From NCBI RefSeq assembly GCF_001194135.2, contig NC_068997.1, positions 56,314,883-56,378,882 on the forward strand: DNA of 64,000 bases, in the 5' to 3' direction. Origin of the DNA: Octopus bimaculoides (Eukaryota). A model generated the notes under the pieces. That model did no database searches. It had not been told where the DNA came from and worked only from the letters and a program-made list of their open reading frames with translations. This document shows positions 40,618 to 53,659 of the stretch, in pieces. The first letter of the stretch is position 1. Every line of letters begins with the position of its first letter. A program made the translations under genes and the position numbers.

Positions 40618-40879
40618 TTTCTCTTTATAAATGTTCTGAAAACTCCACACAACCTTGGCTTTGTTGTCTCATTTTATTCCCCCACACACACACACACACA
40701 CACACTAACTGTATATATCATAATGATATTTATTCTCTGATTTGAAGTGACAATTTTTAAATATGAGCAAATGACCAAAGCAACTTTCACTCTGTAACTC
40801 ATAAAGCCTTTGGGTTTGTTTATAAAAAAAAATTGTTTGTGTAGTATAAATGTGTGTGTGTGTGTGTATGTGTGTGTGT

Positions 40880-41045
40880 GTATACATGTCGGTTTTCTTT
40901 TACTTCCTAACTACTAAACTCATGCATAAGCTTTGGTCGGCCCAAAGCTATAGTAGAAGATACTTACCGAAAGTGTTATACAGCAAGACTGAACCGAGAA
41001 CCATGGGATTTGGAAGCAAACTTCCCGCCACATAGACATGCCTGT
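40880..41045 (-). mobile_element. SINE family A 5' half
   Basis: ctttggtcggcccaaagctatagtagaagatactt...tttggaagcaaacttc. Confidence 0.75.
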
Positions 41046-41510
41046 ATCACATATTTTTTATCCCACCTGGGACAGTGTAGCAGCAGCAGCAGCAGCAGCA
41101 GCCATCATGTAAAGGAATTCATGAAGAGGGAAATGAAGAATTTGTTTCTTATTCTTGTTACGGAGAGGATTTTCGATGTTTTATGGAATGGATTAGGAAT
41201 GTTGTGTGATGCCAAACATTTGATGTAAGATACTTGGAAAACATAAAAGAAGAGGAAGAAAGACGAATGCTACCATTACTAACTCTGAATTAGGTTGGGA
41301 TGGAATCAGCATTCTTCATAATATTGCCTTAATCTCTAAATATCCTTGCACAGAATATTCCATGTAAGACGTTTAATACCAGAAACTGTAAATTTGAAGC
41401 TTTAATGCAAAAATATGAGATGAGCAAACAGGATTAACTCCTTTATGGCAGATATTTATAGCGGAACAGGAATGGTTAAATTATTTGTTTGTGTACATGG
41501 ATGTGTGTGG

Positions 41511-41573
<63 letters not shown>

Positions 41574-42037
41574 AAAATTTACTGTTTTTTTTTCCTCCTT
41601 TCTGCCACTGACATGACAGTTGTGATAACATTCTCTTTTCAAATGCAACAGTTTTACGAGCATTTGATTAAGTACATTCTGTAGGAAACATGTTTATATA
41701 CAGCAAGAATCATATATATGGGAATGGTAACATCATCGTCATCGTCATCGTCATCATCATCACTGTCATCGTTGTTATTGCCATCATCATCATCTTCATT
41801 GTTGTCATTGTCATCTATATCACCACAGCTATCACTATCACCACCACCACCATCATCATAATCATCTTCACCTTTCTCCATACTGCCATCATCATAATCA
41901 TCATCATCACCTTCACCGACAAATCCAGTCCTGTCACCACCATTAACATACAAACAAAATTATCGACCAGATCTGATATGTTGAAACATTTGATGTTGCT
42001 CATCATCTTCATTATTTTAATTATTTAATTTAATTTA

Positions 42038-42074
<37 letters not shown>

Positions 42075-42167
42075 TGGATGGCTAAAAGTGATGTAAAACC
42101 AGAAACAGAGACTCTAATCTGTGCTGCCCAAGAGCAAGTACTAAGAACAAACTACATAAAATACAGA
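42075..42167 (+). pseudogene. R4/Dong-like LINE fragment (post-RT region)
   Basis: WMAKSDVKPETETLICAAQEQVLRTNYIKYR resembles the W..GDLK.ETE.LI.AAQEQALRTN motif of R2/R4-type elements; flanked by (AAT)n. Confidence 0.8.
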
Positions 42168-42173
42168 ATGATG

Positions 42174-42209
<36 letters not shown>

Positions 42210-42344
42210 GCTATTAAAGCAACCAGCTTTTGGGGAGCTGCAATTAGCAAAAAGAGGGTTGTAAAAATAAGGCAAAACAAATTTTAAACTATTTCAGTTT
42301 GATGAATCAAATGGACAGATGTAATAATAATAAACCTTTCTACA

Positions 42345-42450
42345 CAGGCAGAGGTGTGGCTGTGTAGTAAGAAGCTTGCTTCCCAAACACATGGTTCCAG
42401 GTTCAGTCCCAGTGAGTGGCACCTTGGGCAAGCGTCTTCTACTATAGCAA
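42345..42450 (+). mobile_element. SINE family A head
   Basis: gctgtgtagtaagaagcttgcttcccaaacacatggttccaggttcagtccc...caccttgggcaag. Confidence 0.85.
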
Positions 42451-42705
42451 AGTTGACATTGGTGGGATTTAAACTCAGAATGGAAAGAGCTGGAAGAAAC
42501 GATGCTAAGCTTTTGGTCAGACGTGCCAATTATTTTGCCAGCATGCTATCTTAACAACAACAACAACAACAACAAGGAAAGTAATAATAAAACTTCTTAT
42601 GTAGTAACAGTATTGGAAATAATAAATTCATGTTGCAGATGCAGGCATAGATATGGAAGTAAAGAGAAAGAAATGAAGAGAACAGGTTTTAGAAGGACAC
42701 ATTAA

Positions 42706-42772
<67 letters not shown>

Positions 42773-43924
42773 AAGGCTGGAAGAGAGAGTTACAAGTAAT
42801 AAAGCATAACAGAAATCTAAGCACACAACTATACACACACACATAGATATACACATAAACACCCACCCCTACCCCCACCACCACCACCACCACCACCACC
42901 ACCACACAAATATTAGCAAAGAATAAGAAATAAGATCAGTGGATTAATAGATTGCTGGATTAAGGGTTAATTTAACGGCTATGAACAGCTAATCTCCATA
43001 GAAAACAACATTATATAGTCTTTGAATCATGTTATCCTACACACACATATACACGTATGTGCGTATCTAAACACAAATACACACACATGTGTATTTGTGT
43101 TTCTTAACTCATAATTAATGAAGTAATGTTGTTGTCATTGTTACCATTGCACAACATTCTTCTTACCATTTTCTTCTGTCATTTGTTCTTCTTAAAAGTC
43201 ATTAAATGCTGCTCCAGACATTTAGGATTCAAACAAGATTCTTCGCACTAATTATTTATAACTCCTGCCAAATTTTACTTCACATTTTTGGAATTTTCAT
43301 TTGTTTTATATCTCAATTTATATGTTTTCAACAATAGTGTTGGTGATTGTAAGCTTAAAACAGGCAAAAATCACTGATTGACATCATTTCTGGTAGTTAG
43401 AGTAATAGGGGAATGTTTATAACTCAGTGCAGAACAATTATCTCAAGGATCTTCATCAGTGAGACACAAATGATTGTCTTCATACCAAAGTGAGCTAAGA
43501 AATACTGAGCACTTTTGGATGAATTTCTTTCAGATAACTGTGACTGGCTGGTGCCATTGAGAAAAGGACTGGAACTTTGAACAGCACATTGGTTAATGTA
43601 CTTGTTTGAAGCTAGCTTCCCAAAGTACACAACTCTGTGTGCCTTGGGTATGTGCTGCCATTTGTTTTGGTGTAGTTGTCTTCAGTGTTGAAGGTGCTTT
43701 ATGTAGGGCTGTGTGATGCCTGGTGGTACTATTGTCTGTATGTTATATATATTTGCTTAACTCCTGGTGTTCTAATCTTGTATTTGTTTTTGTTTTTTAA
43801 TCATACCTAATGCACCTTTTAGTTTAGTGATTGTTTCTGTTTCCAGGTAACTTAATTAAGGTTATCTCCTCCTCCTCCTACTCTTCCTCCTCCTCTTTCA
43901 TTCGTTCTTTCTTTCTATTCTGCG

Positions 43925-44060
43925 ATCAAATGCCACCAAGGTTGACTTTATTTTTCATATTTTGGAGGGGGTCGATAAAATAGGTGCCCGTTAAATATTG
44001 GAGTCAATGCTATCAAGTTAGCTCCTCCCCCAAAATTGTGCCAAAATTTGAAACCATAAT
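43925..44060 (+). mobile_element. SINE family B fragment
   Basis: caaatgccaccaaggttgacttt...ggggtcgataaaa...gtgccaaaatttgaaacc. Confidence 0.65.
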
Positions 44061-44564
44061 AATAATAATTATTATTATTATTATTTCTATTATTATCATC
44101 ACCACCATCATGATCATCGTCCTTGTTGTTGTTGATGTTGTTTAAATGATTTATCTAAACCGTAACAGTGTGGATGCAGACAAAATCCCCCTCTTCAGTA
44201 ACATGATGTTGAGCCAATCGTAACAAAGACACTGATGCTTTCAATAGTTTAACACCCGACATGAATAGCTGGATATATTAAGTCCATATCTGCTGCAGTC
44301 TTAATCGTATGTTATTCCGGCAATACTCCATAGCAGTCACTTTGCACAAAACACTCATTTGTCTAAATTCTCCTCCCTTCCAATGCAATTTGATCTGCAA
44401 TAAAATTTATAAAAGCTTCAATCAGTCTGATAATAATGTGAATTCTGACAATAATGTTTGATTGTTGACCTGGTTGAGCTACAAACACAATGCTGGTTTC
44501 TTCCCAAGATATACTTTGTTCTTCCATCGGCCATTATCAGAGCAAGTGGTGATGGAGATGCAGT

Positions 44565-44599
<35 letters not shown>

Positions 44600-45249
44600 T
44601 GACAAACAGACAGGCAGACAGTAAGAGAAAGAGGAAGAAGAGAGAGAACGTGTGTGTGCGTGTGTGTTTAATTGTTGCGTTTCCCAGACAAACTATTCAA
44701 TTGTTTATTTGCTTTCAAAACTGCAGAAAGTTTTTAAAAGCCAAGATAACAACAAGGAATTGAATTGTATAGAGGTGGGTCTGTTGAGCCTCCGGGTAAA
44801 AACTATTTTAATGTTGGCTTAGCTACTCAATAATCAGCGCCAAGTTGTTGAATTTCTGTAGAGATGAAAGAGAAAAAACTAACAAGAATCTGTGAAACTA
44901 GAATACAGAAGAATCAGATATTGTGTGTGATGCTCACCAAATTTGTAAAGTACTATATTTCTTCTTCTTTATGTATCTTAAATATTCTTCAGGACACTGG
45001 CAGAACTGGTAGAGTGTTAGACAAAAAGAAATTATACCATATAGCAATGGGTTATAATGTTTAAAATGAATGAGTTCAAATCCTGCTTAGATCTATTTTG
45101 CATTCTGTTGAATGTGTCAGATGTGGAAGCATGTGCCATTGCATAATGTTGCTGCATTCACCATTTATTGGTTTATTCCAAGGTCCTCCCTGTGGGCAAT
45201 AAAGAAATAAAAAAATATGAAACCTGTAAAGACAGATAACCGACTGAAT

Positions 45250-45420
45250 TGTAAGCATGCCAGGCAGCCTAGTGCCTGGTACTATTTCTTACATCTTCGT
45301 GTTCTGAGCTCAAATTCCACTGAGGGTCAATAAAATAAAAGCCAGTTGAGCACTGGGGTCGATATAATAGACTTAGCCGATCCCTTCACCTGCTGTCCTT
45401 GTGCCAAAATTTGAGACCAA
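45250..45420 (+). mobile_element. SINE family B fragment
   Basis: gttctgagctcaaattccactgaggg...gcactggggtcgatataat...gtgccaaaatttgagacc. Confidence 0.7.
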
Positions 45421-45771
45421 TTTATAATGATTTGAAAACAATGAGAAAAAATTTCATATTGGACAGAGACATTCGAATGCAAAAGGACTAAAGATCAACG
45501 ATTCACACATTTTACAATTTGGAGTGTTTATTGTTTCTTCGGGATAATGCCAGTGGTGGTAGGATGTTTGTAGCAATGCTTCTGCTGATGGTAGTGATGT
45601 TGTTGTTGTTGGTGGTGGTGATACTAATGGTGTTGGTAGTGTTGTTAATACAGACGTTTATGGCAGTCAAGTCTGAGATGGTGTGTTTGTGACAGTAATG
45701 GTGTGGGTAGTGGAGGTGGTGATGATGAGGATTGCATTGGCACTATCAGTGCAGTTAGTGGGTGGAGAGTG

Positions 45772-45805
<34 letters not shown>

Positions 45806-47612
45806 CAGCAGCAGCAGCAGAAGCTGCAGTACTAATGCTGAAGGTATTTGAACAGCTAAAAGTGTTAAACTCCCGGTCACCAGATTTTAAAGTTCCCACG
45901 CTGGTTGGTTGCCTTGTAAATTGGAATTCAACAAAAGTTCTGGCCAGAAAGATGTGGCACTTAAAAGACCAGACACGGCGGAAGAGAGAAAAGTGGAAGG
46001 AAAGAAAGAGAGAAAGAAAAAGAAGTGAAACAAAGAATGGAGAGAAAAAGTGTGTTGAAGAGGTCAAGCTGAAAAAAGGTTTCCAGAAACAAAAGGAAAA
46101 TTTGTAACAAACTTTTGTTGCTTCAGTTTTAAAGAAACTAGTTCTAGTATAATAGGAGCAGCAACAAAAACACAGACACACAAACACACGTATATATCTG
46201 TATATATACATAAATATATATATATATGTGTATATGTGTGTGTATATATATATATATGTACACACACACACACACCCACACACAAATACAGAATAACTCC
46301 AGTTACCCTCCAAAACAATCCCACATGACCACCACATCTTGTTACCAAATATAACCCCTATTGAAGAACTTTTGAAAAATACTTTTCTATATTGAAAGAG
46401 AAAGTTTTACCCAAAGAAAAGAAAGCAGATAAAATGTGATGGAATGACATAAGATAACAATGTTCTCCTCACTTTTCTCTTCAAATAAAAATCTCAATGT
46501 GCCACCATCTTGATATTTTCATTTGTTTTTTATTCATTTTTTTTTTTTTTAACGCCAGTCTTGAAGAACAATATCAAAGTGATGCTTCGATCAATGATCG
46601 CAATATAGTTGGAGTTGAATACCTTTTGAGAAGAGATGCTGTTGTTCATGTTGTTGTTGTTGATAAGTGATAGAAAAGTTTTTAGATAACTTATATTTTA
46701 CATCGTTTTTGTTCTGTACTAGTCACTGCACACTTACTGTCTATGCAAGCAGATGTCTGGGTACACACACACACACACTGCACTCATATACACACATACA
46801 CATGCTCACATATATCCCACATGCACAGATGCACACTCACACATCCATATATATACACACACATGCATATATATCCAAAATATTCCACCACAAACATCGA
46901 TTAAACTTTCAAATATGCTTCACCTCACATATCAAACACGTATATATATATACACACTTTAATGTTGATAAGTTCCCAACAGAGCTGTTTCTCTAAGTAA
47001 CATCATCATCACAAAGCTAAACCAATGGCAAATGTTTCATATACACATAACTATATATATATGTGTATGTATGTGTGTATATATATATATATATGTATTT
47101 ATTTATTTATATATATATATTTACATATATACTTTATGGTTCTGCTCAGGTAGGATCCACAAAATTAAGTATCCCATCCTGTGAGTGATAGATATCATTT
47201 AATGTGCACAGTATCTGAAATAAGAGCTACGAATAGTTTCATTCCATGGAGACACTGAGATTAGAGATATTTTGTATAACATGTCTTGTGTCTCCAAGTA
47301 ATCTTCATGCTCAAGGCACATGTGCCCTGAGCTTGGAGACACAAGGTATGCTAAATAAAACTGTTTAATCTCAGTGTCTCTAGGACAAGAAGCCATTCGC
47401 AGTTCTTATTTTAAATGTTGTGTACATTAAATGATGTTTACATAAGCATTTCTGTCACACGGGACCTTGAAGACTGCTAGAAAGCAGGAAAGTATACTAG
47501 TCCTTAAATATTTAATATTCAATATTTCATTTATTCAATAAGACATTCAATGCTTCATTTCATTTTACTACTTATATTATACATTCCATATTCTATATCC
47601 CACATTAAATTC

Positions 47613-47858
47613 AAGACCAGATACTGAAATAGTCTAGGGTTGAAAGGCCCACAGCTCTTCCATGCCTTGCTGCAAAAATCAAGAAATCTACGTAAAGTGG
47701 ACGTAGATGTCTTCAAAAAGGAACTAGACATCCTCCTCTCCACAATACCGGATGAACCAACGGCCCAGCATGAGGTGCAGACGAGGGCAGCAGAATCAAA
47801 CTCCCTCATACACCAAATGGGACAACAGCTGGGACAAAGGCACAGACAGGAGGGGTGA
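47613..47858 (+). pseudogene. CR1/L2-group LINE ORF2 C-terminal fragment
   Basis: KTRY*NSLGLKGPQLFHALLQKSRNLRKVDVDVFKKELDILLSTIPDEP...RAAESNSLIHQ matches the usual GP.LFN.LP..IR....V..FK..LD..L..IPD.P...NSL terminus. Confidence 0.8.
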
Positions 47859-48072
47859 TGTGAAACCACACCCAGCCTAAAGAAATCAGTCGAAGGATAA
47901 TCATAAGTAGTGATGCAAAAAACCTGGTGGTGCTCCAGCATGACTGCAGCTGCGTGCCTTAAATGAATAAAAGAATACATACATATATGTATGTATATAT
48001 ATATATATATTTATTTATATATACATATATGCACACACACACACACATACATATTTATACATATGTACATAA

Positions 48073-48302
48073 TTCTTAAACAAGAATATTATTGACTGTG
48101 ACTTCAAAGTTTCAGCCATTTAAGCCTCTCTTTTCCAGTTAATGTTAGGAAAGCATTCTCATCACAACAGAACTGTTATGTTTATGTTTGTTTTCATGTT
48201 CAGTTATAATAAAAATAATTTTACATTAATCTGATGGCTTACTCTATACTTCAGTTGAGTACAAACTTTGAAGTCACTATCAATAATATTCTTGTCGAAG
48301 AA
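48073..48302. mobile_element. MITE-like element, ~40-bp TIRs, TAA flanks
   Basis: 48073-48112 and 48263-48302 are inverted repeats with ~4 mismatches; TAA on both sides. Confidence 0.65.
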
Positions 48303-49434
48303 TAATAAATTTGTAATCTATAGAAGTAAAGTATAGTCACCCATCAGATTAATATGTGTGTGTGTGTGTGTGTATACATACACATACACACATAGATACA
48401 TGCATACATTCATTCATACATACATTCATACACACGCGCATACATACATTTATGTGTGTTTATCTATATAACCATATATACATACACACACCCATCCACA
48501 CACACATATATATGGTTACATTTCTAGATACTGTTTTATTCTGTTACTGTAAATTGGTGAAAGCTGAACTCATTCCAATATATCATGTCATTCTTTCTGT
48601 AATGCCAGCCATCACTCCCTCTCCCCTGAGTTACTTCCTTTTCAAATCCATTCTTCTCTCTTTCCATTATCTTCAACTAATATTTGCCATTGGCGACACC
48701 CACCCCTCATTCCCCATTCAATACATTTATTACAACATTTCCGATGGCCTCCACCTCTCGTTCTTTCCTGTATACACACAAATCCTTGCAACATTTCTCA
48801 TCCCTTCCTTATGCTTTTGTCTCTATGCTTTCTTCTGTGTTCGCTTTTTGGGCATGGTCTTTTGAGGCCTCACTCTGGCACTTCATAACCCCCACAGTCA
48901 ACCACCCCAAACGACCATACATGATGCAGGTCTGTCTTGAATCTTCTCCACACCAATAAACCAGTTCCTGTTTTTCCTCTCATAATCTAATCTCCTCAGC
49001 ATCTAATATAAAGCCACATCCCTCTCTTTGGTTCTCATTCTCAATCAAAGGGGACTCTTTAGTTTCATAGGTTACAAGACAATCTCTCTAAGATTTGGTT
49101 GGATGAAGAACGCACTCAATACTCTCTGTAAGGTGATAGGCGTTGGGAAGGGTTTGCAGACACAGAAGGCCATGCTGAAACTGGGACATTGGAGCAAGCG
49201 ATGGAAAACAAACAAGAAATGGTGATGACGATGACGATGACGACAATGCTGACGACGATGGTGATGATGATGATAATGTTGATGACAGTACAACACTACA
49301 TATTTCTATGCCCAAGAGACAACCTGGATGAGAACAAGTGAAATAAAATTTAATATGGCTGGCATCAATTTTATTATTCACCTTTTCAGGCTCAACAAAT
49401 AAAGCGTTGATGCCAGAGCAGGGTCATATATGTA

Positions 49435-49585
49435 TACGACGGGCTTCTTTCAGTTTCCACCTACCAAATCCACTCACAAGGCTTTGGTCAGCCCAAGGCT
49501 GTAGCAGAAGGTACGTGCCCAAGGTGCCACACAGTAGAACTGAACCCAGAACTATGTGGTTGGGAAGCAAGCTTCTTACCACACA
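49435..49585 (-). mobile_element. SINE family A 5' half
   Basis: gggcttctttcagtttccacctaccaaatccactcacaaggctttgg...gggaagcaagcttcttaccacacagc. Confidence 0.9.
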
Positions 49586-49599
49586 GCCATCATTATTAT

Positions 49600-49755
49600 C
49601 ATCACCATTATCATGATCATCATTATCATATAATGTCTGCTTTCCATTCTGGCAGAGTTCGAGAGTTTGACTAGAACTGATTAGCTGGAGAGCTGCACCA
49701 GGTTCCAGTTGGGTTTGGCATGGTTTCTACAGCTGGATGCCCTTCCTAATGCCAA
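49600..49755 (-). mobile_element. RTE-associated 3' end, decayed
   Basis: taatgtctgctttccattctggc...gtttctacagctggatgcccttcctaatgcc. Confidence 0.7.
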
Positions 49756-51521
49756 TATATATATATATATATATACACATACACATAGGTTTTTTTTATT
49801 TGGGATTTAACAAGGCTACCATTGGTGTCATGCTAAGAGAAATTTCTCAACAGTTATCAAGTATGCTACATGGGAATGTTGGTACTTGTCTTGTTCTTTG
49901 GTGGAGTACCAATGTCTCATGTCGAGGTTTGGTAATTGTTGAGAAATTGCTCTTGACATGAAACAAATGTTAGCCTAATTAACTCACAAATAAAGAATAT
50001 TCATTCACTAATGTGGTGTTGAGCACTTATTCTCACTGTAACATATTAGCACACACACAGACGTATATATGGTATCTGAGCATGTTTATGATGTCAGATC
50101 TTCACGCTACACAAACACACACTTGAGAGAGAGAAAATTAAAAAGCGAGAATAAAGGAAGAAAGGAGAGAGAGAGAGAGAGAGGTCTTTTGAGAACAGCT
50201 TGTATGTTTGTTTCCTATTCTTTTCTGCTGTTTATCCATTATTTTCCTCCTCTACATGTGTCTATCAAACACTTTATTCCATTCACACCTTTGTACAGTG
50301 TTTTAGTGTAAACTCTCAACAAAGATCCTCTACCCTTTAAATGCTCTGCAGCCTGCAGGCCATTATCACGCTGCTTGAAAGCAGTTTGATGCTAAGAAAG
50401 TTTTTAACCTTACAAGAAGCAGAAAGAAGAAAATAAATGAAAAGTTAGAGTGTGTAGTATCAATATAACAAGTGGTTCATATTAAAGAGTGTTGCAAAGG
50501 TGGATTTTAAAAAAAAAAATTGACAAGAGAAAACAGAAACCAAACTGCAGAAAAACTTTAGCGTAAACTAGAAAGCTTGTTGTGTTGTGTTTGTGTTGTT
50601 TGTATTGCGAGATTTTGAAAGACAGTTCTTGGAATCATTCTCATCTTTGTGACAACATCTAAATTACTGTTAACTAGCCTTGATGTTTTGTTATATACAT
50701 CCGATACACAGGCAAGTATCTATGGTAACCATGGCTTTTAATGGGAAAAAAGAATAATGGACATACAGACATCTATGCATACACGTCCACATACAATATA
50801 TTTATATGCACAGAAACACACACACACACACTCGTATATATGTGTGTGGGTGTATATATTTTAGCTATACTGAAAGGTAATGTCATATCTCATGTGATGA
50901 GTTCAAATCAGCATAAAATATATTGTAAATATATTACTTCATTTAAAATATAATCGCTGTCAGTAGATAACTCCCCCCCCCCCCNNNNNNNNNNNNAAAC
51001 TCATTTTCTGATTCCTCAGGTTAAAGAATCAGGTTCTTTAGAAGTGAAAAATGCTTGCAGTGCTGTTCCATTCTTTCTGAATGTCTTTTTTTTTTTTGTT
51101 TGTTTTCTGAGAAAGATGTTCAAGAAAGTTGAATAAGTGAAAATCTGATTGTGTTACATCTGGTCATTAAGAAGGGTGAGGAAGGGCCAGCCAGGCTAAT
51201 GAATTTGTCTGTTCTTGGATTATCTTTGTTGAATGTGAGACCTTTATTTTCTGGGGCAGCTCAGGAGGTTGCAATTTCCTGTCTTTATACATTTCTCTGA
51301 TCTGCTCAAGACGATGTTGCACAGTGGACCAAGGCTTATGAAGCCTCTGTGGAGAGTCCTCAATATTTTGGCACAGATCCACTTGTAGCACGGTGTCAGA
51401 CTATTTCCTTGAAAATATGATATTACTTTAGGATACCCCTAATATATTTATATGGACACGAGCACAGACAAACTCACGTATGTGTGTATATACACATATG
51501 TGTGCATATACATATATACAT

Positions 51522-51568
51522 ATATAATTAAGGGATCAGCAAATATTTTGCTGATCCCTTAATTATAT
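51522..51568. repeat. Perfect 22-bp inverted repeat with 3-nt spacer (TAT)
   Basis: ATATAATTAAGGGATCAGCAAA / TTTGCTGATCCCTTAATTATAT. Confidence 0.95.
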
Positions 51569-51812
51569 TTATAAATATATGAACTTTTGAATAAGTTCTC
51601 CACCAATAATGGTGCTTTCATACCGATGGGCTTGGTAAAAATTATTAATTATTAATTGATTTATTAATTAATAAATTGATAATCCTTTACCCTTTTAATT
51701 TATATACATATATAAATATATATCCTAGCAACTGTGTGCATGCTTGTAATTATGAAATCATGGGTGCGTGTATCTGGGTATTTGCGTATATAGACTATAC
51801 AGAGATACTTGT

Positions 51813-52060
51813 ATCATCATCATCATCATCATCATCGTTTAACGTCCGTTTTCCATGCTGGCATGGGTTGAATGGTTTGACAGGGATCTGGGAAGCCAGG
51901 AGGCTGTACCAGGCTCCAGTCTGATCTAGCAGAGTTTCTACAGCTGGATGCCCTTCCTAATGCCAACTACTCCGAGATTGTAGTGGGTGCTTTTTACGTG
52001 CCCACTGACACAGGGGTCAGAGGGGGCTGGCATCAACCACAATTGGATGGTGCTTTTTAA
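51813..52060 (-). mobile_element. RTE-associated 3' end (left member of inverted pair)
   Basis: (CAT)n + gtttaacgtccgttttccatgctggcatggg...ggatgcccttcctaatgcc. Confidence 0.85.
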
Positions 52061-52164
52061 CCTCATCTGCAGCAGAAAGAGGCATTAGAACTGTTCACCC
52101 ATATTGATCATTAAAGCCCTCCCCACCTTCCCCCACCCCAACTGGCTCCTTTGCCGGTAGCATG

Positions 52165-52400
52165 TAAAAAGCACCATCCAAATGTGGCCGATGTCAGTGC
52201 CGCCTGACTGGCTCCCATGCCGGTGGCACGTAAGAAGCACCCACTACACTCTCAGAATGGTTGGCGTTAGGAAGGGCATCCAGCTGTAGAAACGTTGCCA
52301 GATTAGATTGGAGCCTGATGCAGCCTCCTGGCCTGCCAGTCCCAAGTCGAACCGTCCAACCCATGCCAGCATGGAAAATGGACATTAAACGATGATGATG
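52165..52400 (+). mobile_element. RTE-associated 3' end (right member of inverted pair)
   Basis: aaaaagcaccatccaaatgtggccg...ggaagggcatccagctgtagaaac...ggacattaaacgatgatgatg. Confidence 0.85.
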
Positions 52401-53659
52401 AGACCTGCAACAACTCTGTCCACCTTCCTCTCTTCCTAACAGCCATCATCTCAATGTTTATTGAAATAATTGCATCATATTTAATCTCATTTGAGTTGTT
52501 TGGAAATATATTCTTGAACAAAAGATGTGTGTCCCTTTGGTACAACTTTTGTATGATTGCTAACAGTTTAAACTCTATGTCAGGACAATGAGTTCATTAT
52601 TGTTTAACTCCGATCACACGTCTCTACTTTAATGCTTACCAAATTCTACAATCAATATTTCTACACACGATCTTTATATTATTTTCAGTTGCTTTTTGTA
52701 TTTTGATTGAACTCTACTTTGATTGGAAATCTCCAACTGACATGTTCTACACCATTTTGTCTACTTAGATAAGTCAACATAAATGAAGAACCTCGCTCAA
52801 TAGAATCGTAAAGTTGAAACAGGTGTAATGTGGGCCCTTGAATGAAATATGAGAAAAGCCCAACATCCTTATTGTCTGTTAAATACTTCATTGTAAGAAA
52901 TCAGTTTTACTCTGGTTAACAAAGAACAAACAAACAGACACACACACACACACATGTATGTATATCTATTCATCTCTCTATCTGTCTGTCTGTCTGTCTA
53001 TCTATTTATCTATCTATCTATCTATCACATCTGCCTTTCATGCTATATATATATATATACACATACACAGACATGCACACTTAGATAAATAGATAGCAAC
53101 ATACATATGTACGCATGCGTGTGTATTTGAGCATTTCAATCAATATATACAACCTTGAAATGTCTATAGAACCCCGGATTATCGCTCAGTGCAAAGACAT
53201 AATTTAATATTAAAGAGAAATTGAGAAACTGCTTCATGTATATTTACTTGTGGGTGCAAACAGGAAATGTCTTGCCTTTCTAACACCCTCTTTTAAATAC
53301 ACTGCTGTGAGTTTTTATGAGGTTTTCCGAGAAGTTTTTCATGGTTATACCATGGTTGTATTTCATTTCTCTATAAGCACCATTCAAATATGTTTTTCTC
53401 TTTTTACTATGAAACTCTTTTCAAATCATGACTCAAACATTATTTACATTTAAAAAGATACACAAGAATAAATATAAAACCTGTACCATACAACTAAACT
53501 TGAAGTATAACAGAATATGTGTGTTGATAGGTAGCAAAAGGAGTTAGCTACGATGTGGTCATTCAGTTTGCTTGACATAGCAGCTAAATGGAAGACCAAA
53601 TCAATAGAAAGGGGCTATGTCCTTGATGTATTCAATCCCTCTAAGACTAGTGAGATACA

